Below, piece after piece: positions 11,646 to 23,586 of a stretch of 52,500 nt of DNA. A program made the translations under genes and the position numbers. The DNA comes from Lama guanicoe (lineage: Eukaryota), in assembly GCA_013239625.1 (NCBI GenBank), contig MU053594.1, positions 1,581,654 to 1,634,153 of the forward strand, written 5' to 3'. The notes beneath the pieces were generated by a model. That model ran no database searches and was not told the origin of the DNA. It saw nothing but the letters and a program-made list of their open reading frames with translations. Position 1 is the first letter of the stretch. Each line of letters begins with the position of its first letter.

Positions 11646-13869
11646 TTCATCCAATTAGAGAGTTTTATTCATCGTCGGGAATCAGAGAAATCAAAGTCTC
11701 TTCCTCCTAGATCATGTTTAAAGGGAGCACGGCGTTCCCACTCATTGACTTCCCCATCCTTTTCCCTCCCGTCTCTCTTTCTGATGTCTGAGGCCTGGTA
11801 TCACCCCCCTTTGCTGATTCTTCAAGTTGACCTACCACAGGTTTACAGTCCTCGTTCTTCACCCCACCTGCCTGGCATGCTCTGTCCTGTCTCTCAGCTC
11901 CAGAAAGCTCTTTCTGCCTTCCCCACCCTCTCAGTCCTCAGGAGCCTGCAAAGCCCAGCTTAGACGCTGCCTTCTCCACGAAAACTTTCCAGCTGCTCTG
12001 GCTCCTTCGCTCAGCGGCAAATACCGACTGAACGTCAGCTCAAGGCTGGGCCCTGTGCCTCACGGAGGCTGGAAGGACCGTGCACTGGGATGGGCAGACC
12101 AACTCCCCAGCCTCCCCACACGGCAGTCAGTCCTCCATCACTCCTCGCCTGAACCACAACTGAGCTTTACAGCGTATTAACACCCGCATTCATGGCTGAG
12201 CCATGTGTCAATTTTGCCCTTTCGATGCAAACTTCTTTTTTAAAAAACGGCGCAAGGCAATGTTGTGGAAGAAAGAACATGGGCTCTGAGGTCCAAGAGT
12301 CCTGGGTTCGAATCCCAACTCAGCCTCTGGCTGACCGTGTGACCCTGGGCACTTACGTAAGCTCCAAAAGAGAAGATGTGGTACCAGGCAAACCGAGGCT
12401 CTGTCACAGTATGAGGGCGGCTGGCTTCTGCAGGAACCAGCTGCTGACACCGCCTGACATCTGAGGATCACTCAGGTGGAATCTGAGGCATGCCCTAGGC
12501 AGGCGCAGGACAGCTGTCCCCAGACTGAACACCAGGCAACGACTTCTACTCTCTCCCTGCAAGTTGTACACAGTATACAAGAAACAGCATCGAAGTCTTT
12601 TTCTAATCAGTTCATGAAACTATTGAGCCAGCTTTTTTGCAGAGTTCTTTTTCCCCCATCTCTGCAAAGTGTTTAGGAATGTCTTTTTGAACTTTTCTGG
12701 GAAACATGATCTATCTTGCTATTCCAAAGTTAGGCTCCCATAACTCTGACTTCTTCTGGGGGAAGAATTTAGCAGAGAGTGAAACAGACTCCACATGCCC
12801 TTTTCAATGACTTCTGCCAGTTCTGCACGCTATTCTTTGACCATCCTCAGAGCAGTGAGAAGGTGACAGCCCAGCAAATGGGCCCCCAGTCTGCTCCTGC
12901 GGGGCCTGCATTTCCCCCTGGAAAACAGTAAAGAGCTAAAGCACTCCCACCCCGTTTGTCATTGCCTCATCACCCCAAGTTCTCTGTCTCTTTGTGGCTT
13001 GGAGCGTGCTTTGGGGTGATGCCAGTAAGGTACGATTTATATTAATTTGCTTCTGGTCATAGAATCTTTGTTCTAACTACCTCAGTTCTAAGTCTAACAA
13101 CAAAAAAAAAGCACTTTAGTCTATTAAAAGGCAATTGAAAAAGCAGACCACTCCAAAATTCAACCAAAATGACAGTTTAAAAAGTACAAAAGGGAATCAA
13201 TTCATCTAAATGCTCAGAGCAGAAGACAGGGTGGGAAAAGACCAAAGAAGTCACAAAGTGAATTCAACCATACTGATTGCAAACAACAGTGACAGAGGGC
13301 TGCCATGAGACAAGGGTCATTTTTTTTGAGGCAGAGACACCCCCCGCCTTCACCATCTCCTGGGAGGAGGAGCTGCCGGGGAGGTCACTGACTGAAGTGA
13401 GGTCTTCAAGAGTGGATCTCCCCAGCACTTTGCCCCCAGGCTGAGTCTGAAAATCAGAAGAAATTCAAAGTTCTTCCTGAAAATAAGCAAAATTGGCATC
13501 CCAAAGTAGGGTCATCTCAATTCCACCTACTGCTCCCCACTCACGCACCATAAAATGAAGCCTGCCTGCGAAATTGCCCCCGGGCCAGCACCACTCAGCC
13601 CTCTTCTCCAGGGAACGGGCAATAGCAAGGAAATCTACACACAAGAGACCTACCATAATCAGTCTGGTCTTCCCCTCATGAATATGGAGCAGCAGACAGT
13701 CAAAGATCAGCAGACCTTCAAGGAGAATACAAAGGAAGAAACAGCTTGAAGGAAGAGGCTCCTGAAGAAAAAGAACCAAGGAAATATGCAGAACTCAAAG
13801 AACTCAGTTTAGTAATTCCAAAGAGACTAGAGGAGAAACTGCATTTATAAAGAATATGGTGCTATGCTG

Positions 13870-14230
13870 GTCAGAATAGCCATCATTAAAAAGTCCACAA
13901 ATAATAAATGCTGGAGAAAGTATGAGGAAAGAGAACTCTCCTACATTGCTGGTGGGAATGTAGTTTGGTGCAGCCACAATGGAAAACAGTATGGAGATTA
14001 ATTTAAAAACTAAAAACAGAGTTATCATGTGATCCAGCAATTCCACTCCTGGACATATAAACAGAGGGATCGCTTATTCAAAAAGATACCTGCACCCCAA
14101 AGTTCACAGCAGCACTATTTACAATAGCCAAGACATGGAAGCAACCTAAATGTCCATTGACAGATGGCTGGATAAAGAAAATATGATATATATACATATA
14201 TACATATGTACACACACACATTTACATACA

Positions 14231-14274
<44 letters not shown>

Positions 14275-14706
14275 AATATTACTTGGCCATAAAAAGGATA
14301 AAATAATGCCATTTGCAGTAACATGGATGGACCTGGAGATTATCATACTAAGTGAAGTGAGTCAGGTAGAGAAAGACAAATATCATATGATATCACTTAT
14401 ATGTGGAATCTGAAAAAAAAGATACTAATGAGCTTATTGACAAAACAGAAACATACTCACAGATATAAAAAACAAACTTATGGTTATCAAAGGGGAAAGG
14501 GGTGTGAGGAGGGATAAATTCGGGGCTTGAGATTAACATATACATATTATTATACATAAAATAGATAAACTACAAGGTCACAATGTATAGCACAGAGAAA
14601 TACATTCAATATCTTCTAATAACCTATTATGAAAAGAACATATACATATATGTAACTGAATCATTAACACAACATTGTAAATCAACTAAACTTGAAATAA
14701 AAAAAA
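13870..14706 (+). mobile_element. 5'-truncated LINE-1 3' end with internal (CA)n
   Basis: gtcagaatagccatcattaaaaagtccacaaat...atgccatttgcagtaacatggatggacctggag (MPFAVTWMDLEIIILSEVSQ); A-tail near 14700; degenerate TSD starting aaagaata. Confidence 0.9.
14209..14272. repeat. (CA)n microsatellite
   Basis: Direct observation, with a few interruptions. Confidence 0.95.
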
Positions 14707-15267
14707 GAATAGGCCAGCTATAAAAATATAATAGCTATTAAAACAGAAATTCAAGAAAGCACTCCAATGTGGAAAGCAAAAAGACAAGGAGACACAACCT
14801 GAGAAGAATGAAAAGACATAGAAGATTAATCAGAGTCAATATCCATCCCATAGAAGTCCAGAGAGGGAGAGCCAAGAAAAGGAATGGAGAAAAGAATCAA
14901 ATATTTCCAAGGTCTTTATTGCTGAAAGGCCCACCAAGTCCTGAGCAGAATGATTCTTAAGAAGATCAATCTCTAGATATATCCTCATGCACTTTCAGAA
15001 CATGGATTAAGAGAAGTTTCTAAAACCACTTGGGGAAAAGGTTTATCTACAAAGGATTGATAATCCTCTCAACAGCAACTCTGGATGATAGAAGACAGTG
15101 GGGTAATTCCTCTAAAATGTTGAGTAAAGTTATTCTGAACCCGGAAGTCAGCCAAGTGAGAGGACAAAATAAAGATCTTTTCACACCTGCTAAGACCCAG
15201 ATTATTTTACTTGAAAAAAAACTACCTGAGGATATACTCCAATAAAGCAAACGAGCAAAAATAAACC

Positions 15268-15877
15268 TGTGGAAATAAACAAAGACCAACCAAATAAGAA
15301 CAAGCAAAGGTTGTTTATTCAGAGCTTGCCAGGGAGTGAGCCATCATCACTTGTGTTTTGGCAGAGAGTCAAAGGCAGGCAGAGGAGTGGGAAAGCTTTA
15401 GATTGGAAAAAGGCTCCAGGTGTGCCCTGACTGGAGGCTGCGGCATGGGGCAGCCATGGGTGGGCTAACTAGAGGTGGGGTGCCCTATGTGATTGGTTAG
15501 GGATGCACACTGGCTGTCTCTGATTGGTCCGGGATGTACACTGGCTGTCTCTGATTGGTCCGGGATGTACACTGGCTGTCTCTGATTGGCCCCAGGTTGG
15601 AATCAGAACAAAACTGAGGGAAATTGTCAAAAATTAACCAAGTCCTGGCCACGTGGGTCCTATTGTTTCAAAGATTATTGTTTGGCTTTCTGGACCAGTT
15701 GCTGGGATTGCGGTCTGACTTCCTACAAGTCTGACTCATACATAGTAGGCTGGCTTCCTGGGCTGGTAACTGTAGATAATGGGTCGGTGTCCTGGGTTGG
15801 TTGCTGCAGATTGTGGGTCAGGGATCAATTTTTTCATATGGTCTCGCCATTGTCCATCTGTGCATTCAAGTCTCTCA
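15268..15877 (-). mobile_element. ERV1-class solo LTR (MER89/MER110-like)
   Basis: TG...CA termini; 4-bp TSD aacc at 15264-15267 and 15878-15881; minus-strand AATAAA near 15316; several CCAAT boxes. Confidence 0.8.
15500..15592. repeat. 31-bp tandem triplication inside the LTR
   Basis: gggatg(c/t)acactggctgtctctgattgg(t/c)cc at 15500, 15531 and 15562. Confidence 0.95.
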
Positions 15878-17049
15878 AACCTGATGTATGAGATCCAGCA
15901 ACCAGTGGAGCTAAGTCAGGAGTGCGCTGAGAAAGAAGTCTGTTCCAAACTGGCCATTCTGCAAGTTGAATGGTTAAGAAGTTGGACATTCTTTGTAGCA
16001 TGACAAAGAAGGTCTTTGCTACTTCAGTCAACAAGAAAAGGGAGACATGCCATTAGAAATTTCAGGATGAGAGTCATGTTCCAGATAGGAAATAAACAAA
16101 AATCGGGGTTTTTTCTTTTTTTTGAAGAATTGATGAAGTACAGTAAGGAATCCATTTGACCTTCATGCTTGGAACAACGCCTTTGCGCAGCCGAGATTTG
16201 GTGTCTTAGGAGTCCATCTCCTCCGTAGATCCAAGCACTCTACGGATTTTACAGTGAATAATACTTATTAAAGCTATGTATTCATTTTCAATTTTTAGCG
16301 TCAACTTATATATAAACAAAGCATGAAAAGGCTAATTGTGGTTGCAGTATGAAACATAAATGTTCTAAACTTTGACAAAGTAAAAATTAAGTTAGCAATG
16401 ACCAAGATTGAGGGAGGAGGAGGAGGGAGGCGACGTGGAACAAATGGCCTCATGTTACAAGGTGGAGAAACAAGAGACACTAAGTTAATGGGTCAAAGAA
16501 TGAAGGTTTAAGCACCTTGTTTTAAATTATAGAGGAAATAAACAGAAGAATGAAAACATAGCAAAAATTGGCAGAAAGAAGTCAAGGGAAGATACATGCC
16601 TCATCTATCATAGTAGGGAGTTGATAGTTACTGTTTCAAATTGATGAATCGAGAAATAGAAATGTAAGCATATTATGTGAGTCATGGACAAAACCACCAC
16701 CATCACCATCACCCCCCAGAGAAATGTCAAGTGAAGAACAGGACCAGCCACGGAGGCGCAGGGGGAGACAACTCTTTCAAATCATACCCTTCCGTCCTGT
16801 TTTCATTGTTATTTCCCCCCAGGCATGTGTGGTTAATATTCCTTTCTCTCTTCTAAATTTAAAAGAAGCCAGGATTCAGAGACAACCCTGGAGTACTCTC
16901 ACGGGGTTACCTTCTTTTCCTCTGTCTCCAGAACAACCCTGGCCTCGTTATTTGACTCAGCCTCCCCAGGACTGTGATTTCAGCTGCACTTTCTCAAACT
17001 TACCTCCTTAGGGACCCAGGAGAGACATTGAATACATATCTATTTCCTA

Positions 17050-17185
17050 TTTTCTTCCTTCAGTAAGTATTTACAGAGTGCCTACTATGTGGTAGGCCCT
17101 GGGATTCAGGAGTGAACAAAACAAAGTCCCCACCCTCAAGGAAAGTATTTATATTCTTATGGCCAAGACAGGCACTGAACAAGAA
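17050..17185 (-). repeat. L2 LINE 3' fragment
   Basis: cagtaagtatttacagagtgcctactatgtg...gtgaacaaaacaaagtccccaccctcaagg. Confidence 0.7.
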
Positions 17186-19131
17186 AAATCTGTCCCTCCT
17201 TTACTTGAAAGAAAAGAACACAGCATTGGGAGCTGGGCAAACCTAAGTCCATGTCTCTGTTACCAGTGAGAAGACTTCAAGGTAATGACTACACCTCTCT
17301 GAGCTTCAGTAACCCCATCTATAAAATGGGAATGCTACCTTTCAGAGGAAGAATGTATCCAGGCTTCCAAGGGGAATTACCCAGATGCAAAATGGGTTTT
17401 CTTCTTTTATAAACTAGAAAGGAAATACAAAGTCAATCAAAGTTTCAAAAGCCCTTTTGGGAACACTTATAACAATATGAATACCAGATTACTTCTGCTT
17501 TAACATGAGACCAAACAGTGAAGGAAAAAAAATCCAGATTAAAAGATACTTGAGAGATATTTTGACTTTGAGCTTTGAAAGTCAGCAGAATAAATCTTCA
17601 TTCAAGAAAGACTCCATTTCCTAAAATACGTTTGGGAAGACAGTTGCAACCAGGGCCCGTAACCAAACAAATAGTAGAAACACAGCACGTGACCGCCCCC
17701 TCTTGGAAAGTCACAATGCACCACGTAACAAATGCACTGAGAAGTCCTGCTGCAAACAGACCTGTTCAACTCCCAGTTTCCCAAATCACTTCATCATGGC
17801 ATGGCCCTACCCCATCTGAACATCCCCTGTTCTCCTTAATACTTTCTAGCTAGTGCTCAACAGAACACACTTCAGAAAACGCTGGAGTAGAGGGCTTGCT
17901 GATTCTGCGTAGCTCGAGCTAGAGCTAAGTCTTCATGGTTGCCTCACACTAAAAATGCTCAAACATGAGTCAACCCAGGCGGCCACCATAGACCTCACTG
18001 TGAACACTCAGGTTCTCTCCCCAAAGCCCTTACATTCTGGGGGTGGGTGGCACACCCCTCACCGACCAAATCCATCTGAGCCCAGCAATGATTTGTGCAA
18101 TCTGTGAGCCCTACTGAGGGGGCAGCAGAAAGAGGAATGGGCCCCTTGGAGCTCCCACCACCATGTTGGGTCAACAGTGATTCTGAACCATCATGTCCTT
18201 TCGTCTAACGGAAGGACGGAAGAAACGTGGTGAAATTCACCCCTAAAACACCTGTTCGTCCAATAGCCAGTGGCCTAACACTGCAAGGCTTTGTAGAGTG
18301 TGTCACCCGTGAGGGTGTGTAGCAGCAGCTTCCAAAGGTGCCACTGGAGACGCCCAACCCCACGAGCCCTGGGCTGTCTCCCCCTGCGCCCCACCCACCC
18401 ACATCACACACACAGGTCACACACAGAGCCGCCTCGTGGCTTCTAGCACCTGTGGAAAAAAAAAAGCTGTCCTTAGGACAGATTGGCTTGCCAGAAAAGA
18501 GTTTTGGAGGCAAAACTGGCTGCTTCTGGGAAAAAAGAGCAAATCAAAGGGCACCACGGGCGTTTCCTTCTGTCTCCATGACGTCTTCATTTTGCGCAGG
18601 AAGGGGAGTTTGGATAACACTGACAGCTGCCAATGCTCCAGCAGGTGGCCCGAAGCCCACAGCCCCTCCAAATGGCGAGTTCTTTGGCTCCCTCCTCCCA
18701 CTCGGCTGCGTGCAGGTTGCCACCTGAAGCCTTGTCTGGCTCTGTTCCCTCCACAGACACTTGCTGGGAGCAAGGTCCGTGTTCTGCCTGACATTCACCC
18801 GTCCCCGACTCCCACTCAAGCCACATCAAAGTGATGCCGAGCGGGAGGTGGAGGGATAGACAGCTGCCTGCTGTAGGCGACCAGAGCATGCAAGTCCTCT
18901 TCCCTCCAGAATATTCTCTCCCACCGGCTGTAAGTGCCTCAGATATTACAGGGAGAGTTTTATCCCTTGGACTGAAAGCGGGAACAGTGAGACAAAGTTA
19001 CAGGGTGAGTGCAGCTGCTCCTCCTCTGTGTTGGTGCCAGGTGTCTGAGGCAACCAGGAATTGGTATCTGCTCAGTCCCGACTCTGTACCCAGTTCTGTC
19101 TCAACCCAAGCAACCACCACCATGAGGTTTT

Positions 19132-19273
19132 GTTTTTTGGGGGGGGGGTTGTAGTTTTTTTTTTGGTGGGGGAGTAATAATTAGGTTTATTTATTTAATG
19201 GAGGCACTGGGGATTGAACCCAGGATCTTGGGCATGCTAAGCACACACTCTACCACTGAGCTATACCCTCCCC
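19132..19273 (-). repeat. tRNA-Ala-derived SINE (Vic-1-like) inserted in a MIR
   Basis: tggaggcactggggattgaacccagg...ctctaccactgagctataccctcccc; 12-bp TSD ccatgaggtttt at 19120-19131 and 19279-19290. Confidence 0.9.
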
Positions 19274-19531
19274 TCTTCCCATGAGGTTTTAATCTCAGTA
19301 AATATAACTTCCCTTCCCATATTTGTGGGTTAAGTGAAAATATTTAAAATAATTTAGGGTAATCTAGAAATAAAATATGCTGGGGGGGACAGATGACAGA
19401 GGGAAGCAAAAACAGCAGATGGGTGATAAATGCTGAAGCTGATAGACATGTGTGGGATCATTACACTTTTCTCTCTCCTTTCGTGTTTGAAAATTCTATA
19501 ATAAAAATTTAAACTAAAATACGTGTGTGTG

Positions 19532-20930
19532 AAATTCAGCATCCATTTATGATAAAAACTCTACAGAAAGTGTGCACAGACAGAACATACCTCAATTTAA
19601 TAAAGGTCGTTTATGACAAACCCACAGCTAAGATAGTCAACATATTCATATTCAGCAGTGAAAACATATTCAACAGTGAAAAGCTAAAAACATTTCCTCT
19701 AAGATCAGGAATGAGACAAGGAGGCCCACTCTTGCCACTTTTATTCAACATAGTCTTGGAAGTCCCAACCACAGCCATCAGAGAAGAAAAGGAGATAAAA
19801 GGAATCCAAACTGGAAAAGAAAAAGTGAAAGTATCGCTGTCTGCAGATGACATGGCACCATACATAGAAAATCCTAAAGATGCCACCAGAACGCTACCAG
19901 GACTCACCAGTGAATTCAGGGAAGTTGTAGGATACAAAATTAATATACAGAAATCAGCTGCCTTTCTATACACTAACAATGAATTATCAGAAAGAAAAAT
20001 TAAGACAACAATCCCATTTACCATCACATTAGAAAGAATAAAATACCTAGGAATAAACCTACCTAAGGAGATAAAAGACGTGTACTAGAAAAACTATGAG
20101 ACATGGATGAAAGAAATCGAAGACAACACAAAGAGATGGAAAGCTGTACCATGTTCTTGGATTACAAGAATCACTATTGTTAAGATGACTGTACTACCCA
20201 AGGCAATCTACAGATGCAATGCAATCCCTATCAAAATACAATGGCATTTTTCAAAAAACTAAAGCAAAAAATTTTTTTAATTTGTATGACAACACAAAAG
20301 ACCTCAAATAGCCAGAACAATCTTGAGCAAGAAGAACAGAGTTGGAGGAATCACATTCCCTGACTTCAGACTATACTACAAAGCTACAGTAATCAAAATA
20401 GAATGATACTGATACAAAAAAAGACACAGAGATCAATGGAACAAAACAAACAGCCCAGAAATAAACCCACACACTTATGGTCAATTAACCTATGACAAAG
20501 AAGACCAGCACATACACTGGAGAAAAGACAGTCTCTTCAATAAGTAGTGCTGGGAAAACTGGACAGCTACATGTGAAATGGTGAAATTAGAACATTCTCT
20601 AAATAGAATATTTAGAAACATAGAAAAATAAACTTGAGATGGATTAAAGACCTAAAGGTAAGACCAGATACTATAAAACTCCTAGAGGAAAACATCAGCA
20701 GAACACTCCTTGACATACATCATAGCAGTATTTTTTGGGTCTATCTCCTAAGGCAAAGAAAATAAAGACAAAAATAAACAAATGGGACCTAATTAAACTT
20801 AAAAGCTTTTGCCCAACAAAGGAAACCATAAACAAAACAAAAAGACTACCTACTGAATGGGAGAAAATATTTGCAAATGATATGACCAATAAGGGATTAA
20901 TATCTAACATATGTAAACAGCTCATGAAAC
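19532..20930 (+). mobile_element. Internal LINE-1 ORF2 fragment (reverse transcriptase region), degenerate
   Basis: ORF 19525-20088 has [39 protein letters not shown] (FADD motif altered), GYKINIQKS and [11 protein letters not shown] 20735-21049 has KINKWDLIKLKSFC; stops and frameshifts lie between. Confidence 0.95.
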
Positions 20931-21829
20931 TCAGCTCTTACTCGAGCTTCTCAAATGAGGTCGCCCTTCAAAATATTATGAAGCGGAAAAAGTTGGTCTT
21001 TCCAGCCCACCAGCCCAATAGCTCCTCTCACCATTTTGGACCCTTTTAAGTTCAGGCTGTTCTCCCTGTTCAAAAAACAATTAACAATAAAAAAAAAAGA
21101 ATTCAGCTATAGGAACATCAATTCTTCAAGCTTTCAGCAGCAGGGTTCTGGCTAAATAAATTGGAGTTATCCACACAACGGGATATCTATGCAACTGTCA
21201 AAAAGGATGTATTAGATCCATAGGGACTGACATATAAAGATCTCCAACGTAATACTATTTAGAGTGTGGTGCAAGTCCTGTGGCCTTCTGGGCCTGAAGG
21301 AACAAATTCATTCTCTACATAGAGAGAAAGCATCTTGTCTGTTAATCCCTAGAATTGATCACTGCCAAAGCCCATGGCTCCGCAGAAAGCCAGGTCTAAA
21401 TGGTCGAGAGCAGTGGAACGGCAGAGTTTGAAAACGATCTTGTCCCTGGTTCTGGGAAAAAGCAAAGCTACTTTCCTCTACACAGAGACCTGACAGCAGC
21501 TGAAAGGAAGAAAGTCAGGCCGGATTTTTGTATACTTATGCCTGCCTTCGGGGGATGGAAAGCAGTTGCCTTAAAATCCAAACCTCTAAGTTGTAAGTTT
21601 CTGAGCATCCAGGATTCTCTGTTTATTTTCTTCTTTTCACACCTAGGTATTTAGTGAAGATGTTTGAAAATGCCAGGAGCTCTCTTTCATGCTAGGGACA
21701 AAGAAGGAAAAGTGATGTTATGCTTCCAGGCTCTAAATTTCAAAGGAGTAGTTCTGTGCCCTCTAGTGGGGTGAGGGCAAATAGGTACAACTACACCGGA
21801 CAGGAGGTGAACTTCACTCCCATCTGCTT

Positions 21830-22278
21830 ATCTTCACGTATATCTTCTGATCTTTGGCTGGGCAAATGGTTGTGTGGAATAAAAACTACATTTCCCAAAC
21901 TTCCTTGCTAATTGCAGCTGGTTGATTAAGCCCTGGCCAAAGAAAAGTAAGAGGATATGGTAAGTACAATGCTAAGTGTGCTTTCTGGACAGAACCCTTA
22001 AAGAGAGAGAGAGAGACTGGCTCCTCCTCCTTTCTTTTTCCTGCTGGGTGGAATGCGAACAAGATGGCTGGAGCTTGAGCAGCCATTTTGGACCACTAGG
22101 TGGAAGCTTCACATTGAAGGTGGAGACAACTAGAGACAGTCTGGGTCCCCAATGATTGTGAAACTGCCATACTAGTTCAGGACAGCCTATGTTTACTTGA
22201 GAAATAAACTTTGATTTAGTTTAAGACACTGTTGCGTTGGATTCTCTCTCATAGCCAAGTTGAAACCTGGTTAATAGA
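21830..22278 (+). mobile_element. MLT1 (MaLR) LTR, MLT1J/I-like
   Basis: actacatttcccaaacttccttgc, gatggctggagcttgagcagccattttggacca, gagaaataaactttgatttagtttaagacactgtt. Confidence 0.75.
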
Positions 22279-22794
22279 GATAGAAAACTGTCTAAGGTTT
22301 CTAGAGGGCAAGACTTTTATCAGATGTGTGTGTTTATGTGTGTGTGTGAATCTCTTCTGAGCCCTGAAATAGCTCAGCAGTCATTTTCATGCCACATGGA
22401 ACTGAGAATGAGATTATCAAGGAGGGTTCTGGAGTTGAGCCATGTGCCTCCTCCTCTGTTTCCGTAGGAAAAATTCTCATTCCTGCACGTATCCTAGAAA
22501 CTAGTCCCTTTTTCTCCAACCCACCCTGGGATCACCGACCAGGCTGCTGAATGTGTGGGTGACAGGTAAGAAGGAGGCTCTCTCCTGCTGTATTTCACAG
22601 CATCTCCAATTCACTCCTTTAGCAATCCAAGTGACCAGCTCAGGATGGCCCAATGTCAGTAACCAGTGTTCCCCTTGAGTCTTTAGGAAAGATCCCCAGT
22701 TGTGATACTACTGGACTCCTTATTCCCTTTTCCTCCCATAACCCAGATTTAACCCAGCTTAAGATAAACTTGAGCAACATTTGATCAGAACTGA

Positions 22795-23310
22795 TTCTTT
22801 CTTTCGGATTCACTCAGGCAGAGCCACTGCGAAGATGCAGATTTTTCAAAGCCTTAACAGGAAAGACCATCATTCTCGAGGCTGAACCCGTGGATACAAT
22901 AAAAATGTGAAAGCCAAGATTCCTCTTAATCACAGGGATTGATTTTGCTGGAAAAGCAACCAGAAGATGGATGCACCAGTATCCACTTACAATATTCAAA
23001 AAGAGACCACTTCTTCAGTTAAGACTTCATGGTGGTGCTAAGAAAAAGAAGGCATCTTACAGACTCCCAAGAGGAAGCATAAGAGAAACAAAAGTGGAGC
23101 TGGTTGCCCTGAAATACTGTAAGGCTGATGAGATTGGCAACATCGGTCACCCTCTCCGCGAGTGTCTTCTGGTGGCATCTTCGTGGCGAGCTACCTTGAT
23201 GCACGTGACTTTGCAAGGGTTGTCTAATCTGCAGACAGACAAGCAAACGTGTGTTAATACAAAGCCAGAAGGGCTTTAAATGTTGGGTTTTATTCTAATG
23301 TTTTAAACAC
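22795..23310 (+). pseudogene. RPS27A: Processed pseudogene of the ubiquitin-ribosomal protein eS31 fusion (RPS27A)
   Basis: ATG at 22835; frame-corrected translation gives MQIF.KALTGKTIILEAEPVDTI..VKAK, LIFAG..QPEDG, YNIQKET, LRLHGGAKKKK, KHKRNK, VELVALKYCKADEIGNIGHPLREC, GIFVASYLD; no introns; many indels; pyrimidine-rich 5' leader. Confidence 0.92.
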
Positions 23311-23319
23311 AAAGATCTT

Positions 23320-23586
23320 ATTTTCAAAAAGACAAAAACTGTAGTGGTGAACAGATTGGTGGTTGCCAGGGGTTACAAGTGGGAAGAGGATATGATTACT
23401 ATGGGGTAGCCCAAAGGAGCTTTTGGGGGCTGATAGGAAGTTCTACTGCCTGATTTGTGCTGTTGGTGGTCCCACCGAATTTCCACATGGGCTAAAACTC
23501 ATATAGAACCACGCATCAACAACAACAAAAAAATCAAGCTTACCAAATGATAGCTTTTTAACTAAATCAAATCAAATCAAATTTTA
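23320..23586 (+). repeat. L1MC/L1ME-type 3' UTR fragment
   Basis: gaacagattggtggttgccaggggtt...aaaactcatatagaac; possible 9-bp TSD aaagatctt at 23311 and 23587. Confidence 0.7.

Larger units (their letters stand above)
13640..16860 (+). mobile_element. HAL1-like (ORF1-only L1 derivative), interrupted by an L1 and an LTR
   Basis: ORF 15030-15245 FIYKGLIILSTATLDDRRQWGNSSKML matches the L1 ORF1 C-terminal motif (YKG...S.ATL.ARRQW); no ORF2 follows; 16590-16690 cctcatctatcatagtagggagttgatag...aagcatattat resembles the HAL1 3' UTR. Confidence 0.65.

Noticed and set aside
15500..15592. 31-bp repeats as a CRISPR-like array
   Set aside because: Units are directly tandem with no spacers and lie inside a mammalian LTR
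18205..19154. Cluster of 90-130 aa ORFs, one with an EGF-like-looking ECQAEHGPCSQQ
   Set aside because: The cysteine pattern does not continue and I found no consistent exon structure
22971..23279. 102-aa ORF as a functional ubiquitin/eS31 protein
   Set aside because: It drifts in and out of the RPS27A frame, lacks the ubiquitin body and has lost most zinc-finger cysteines
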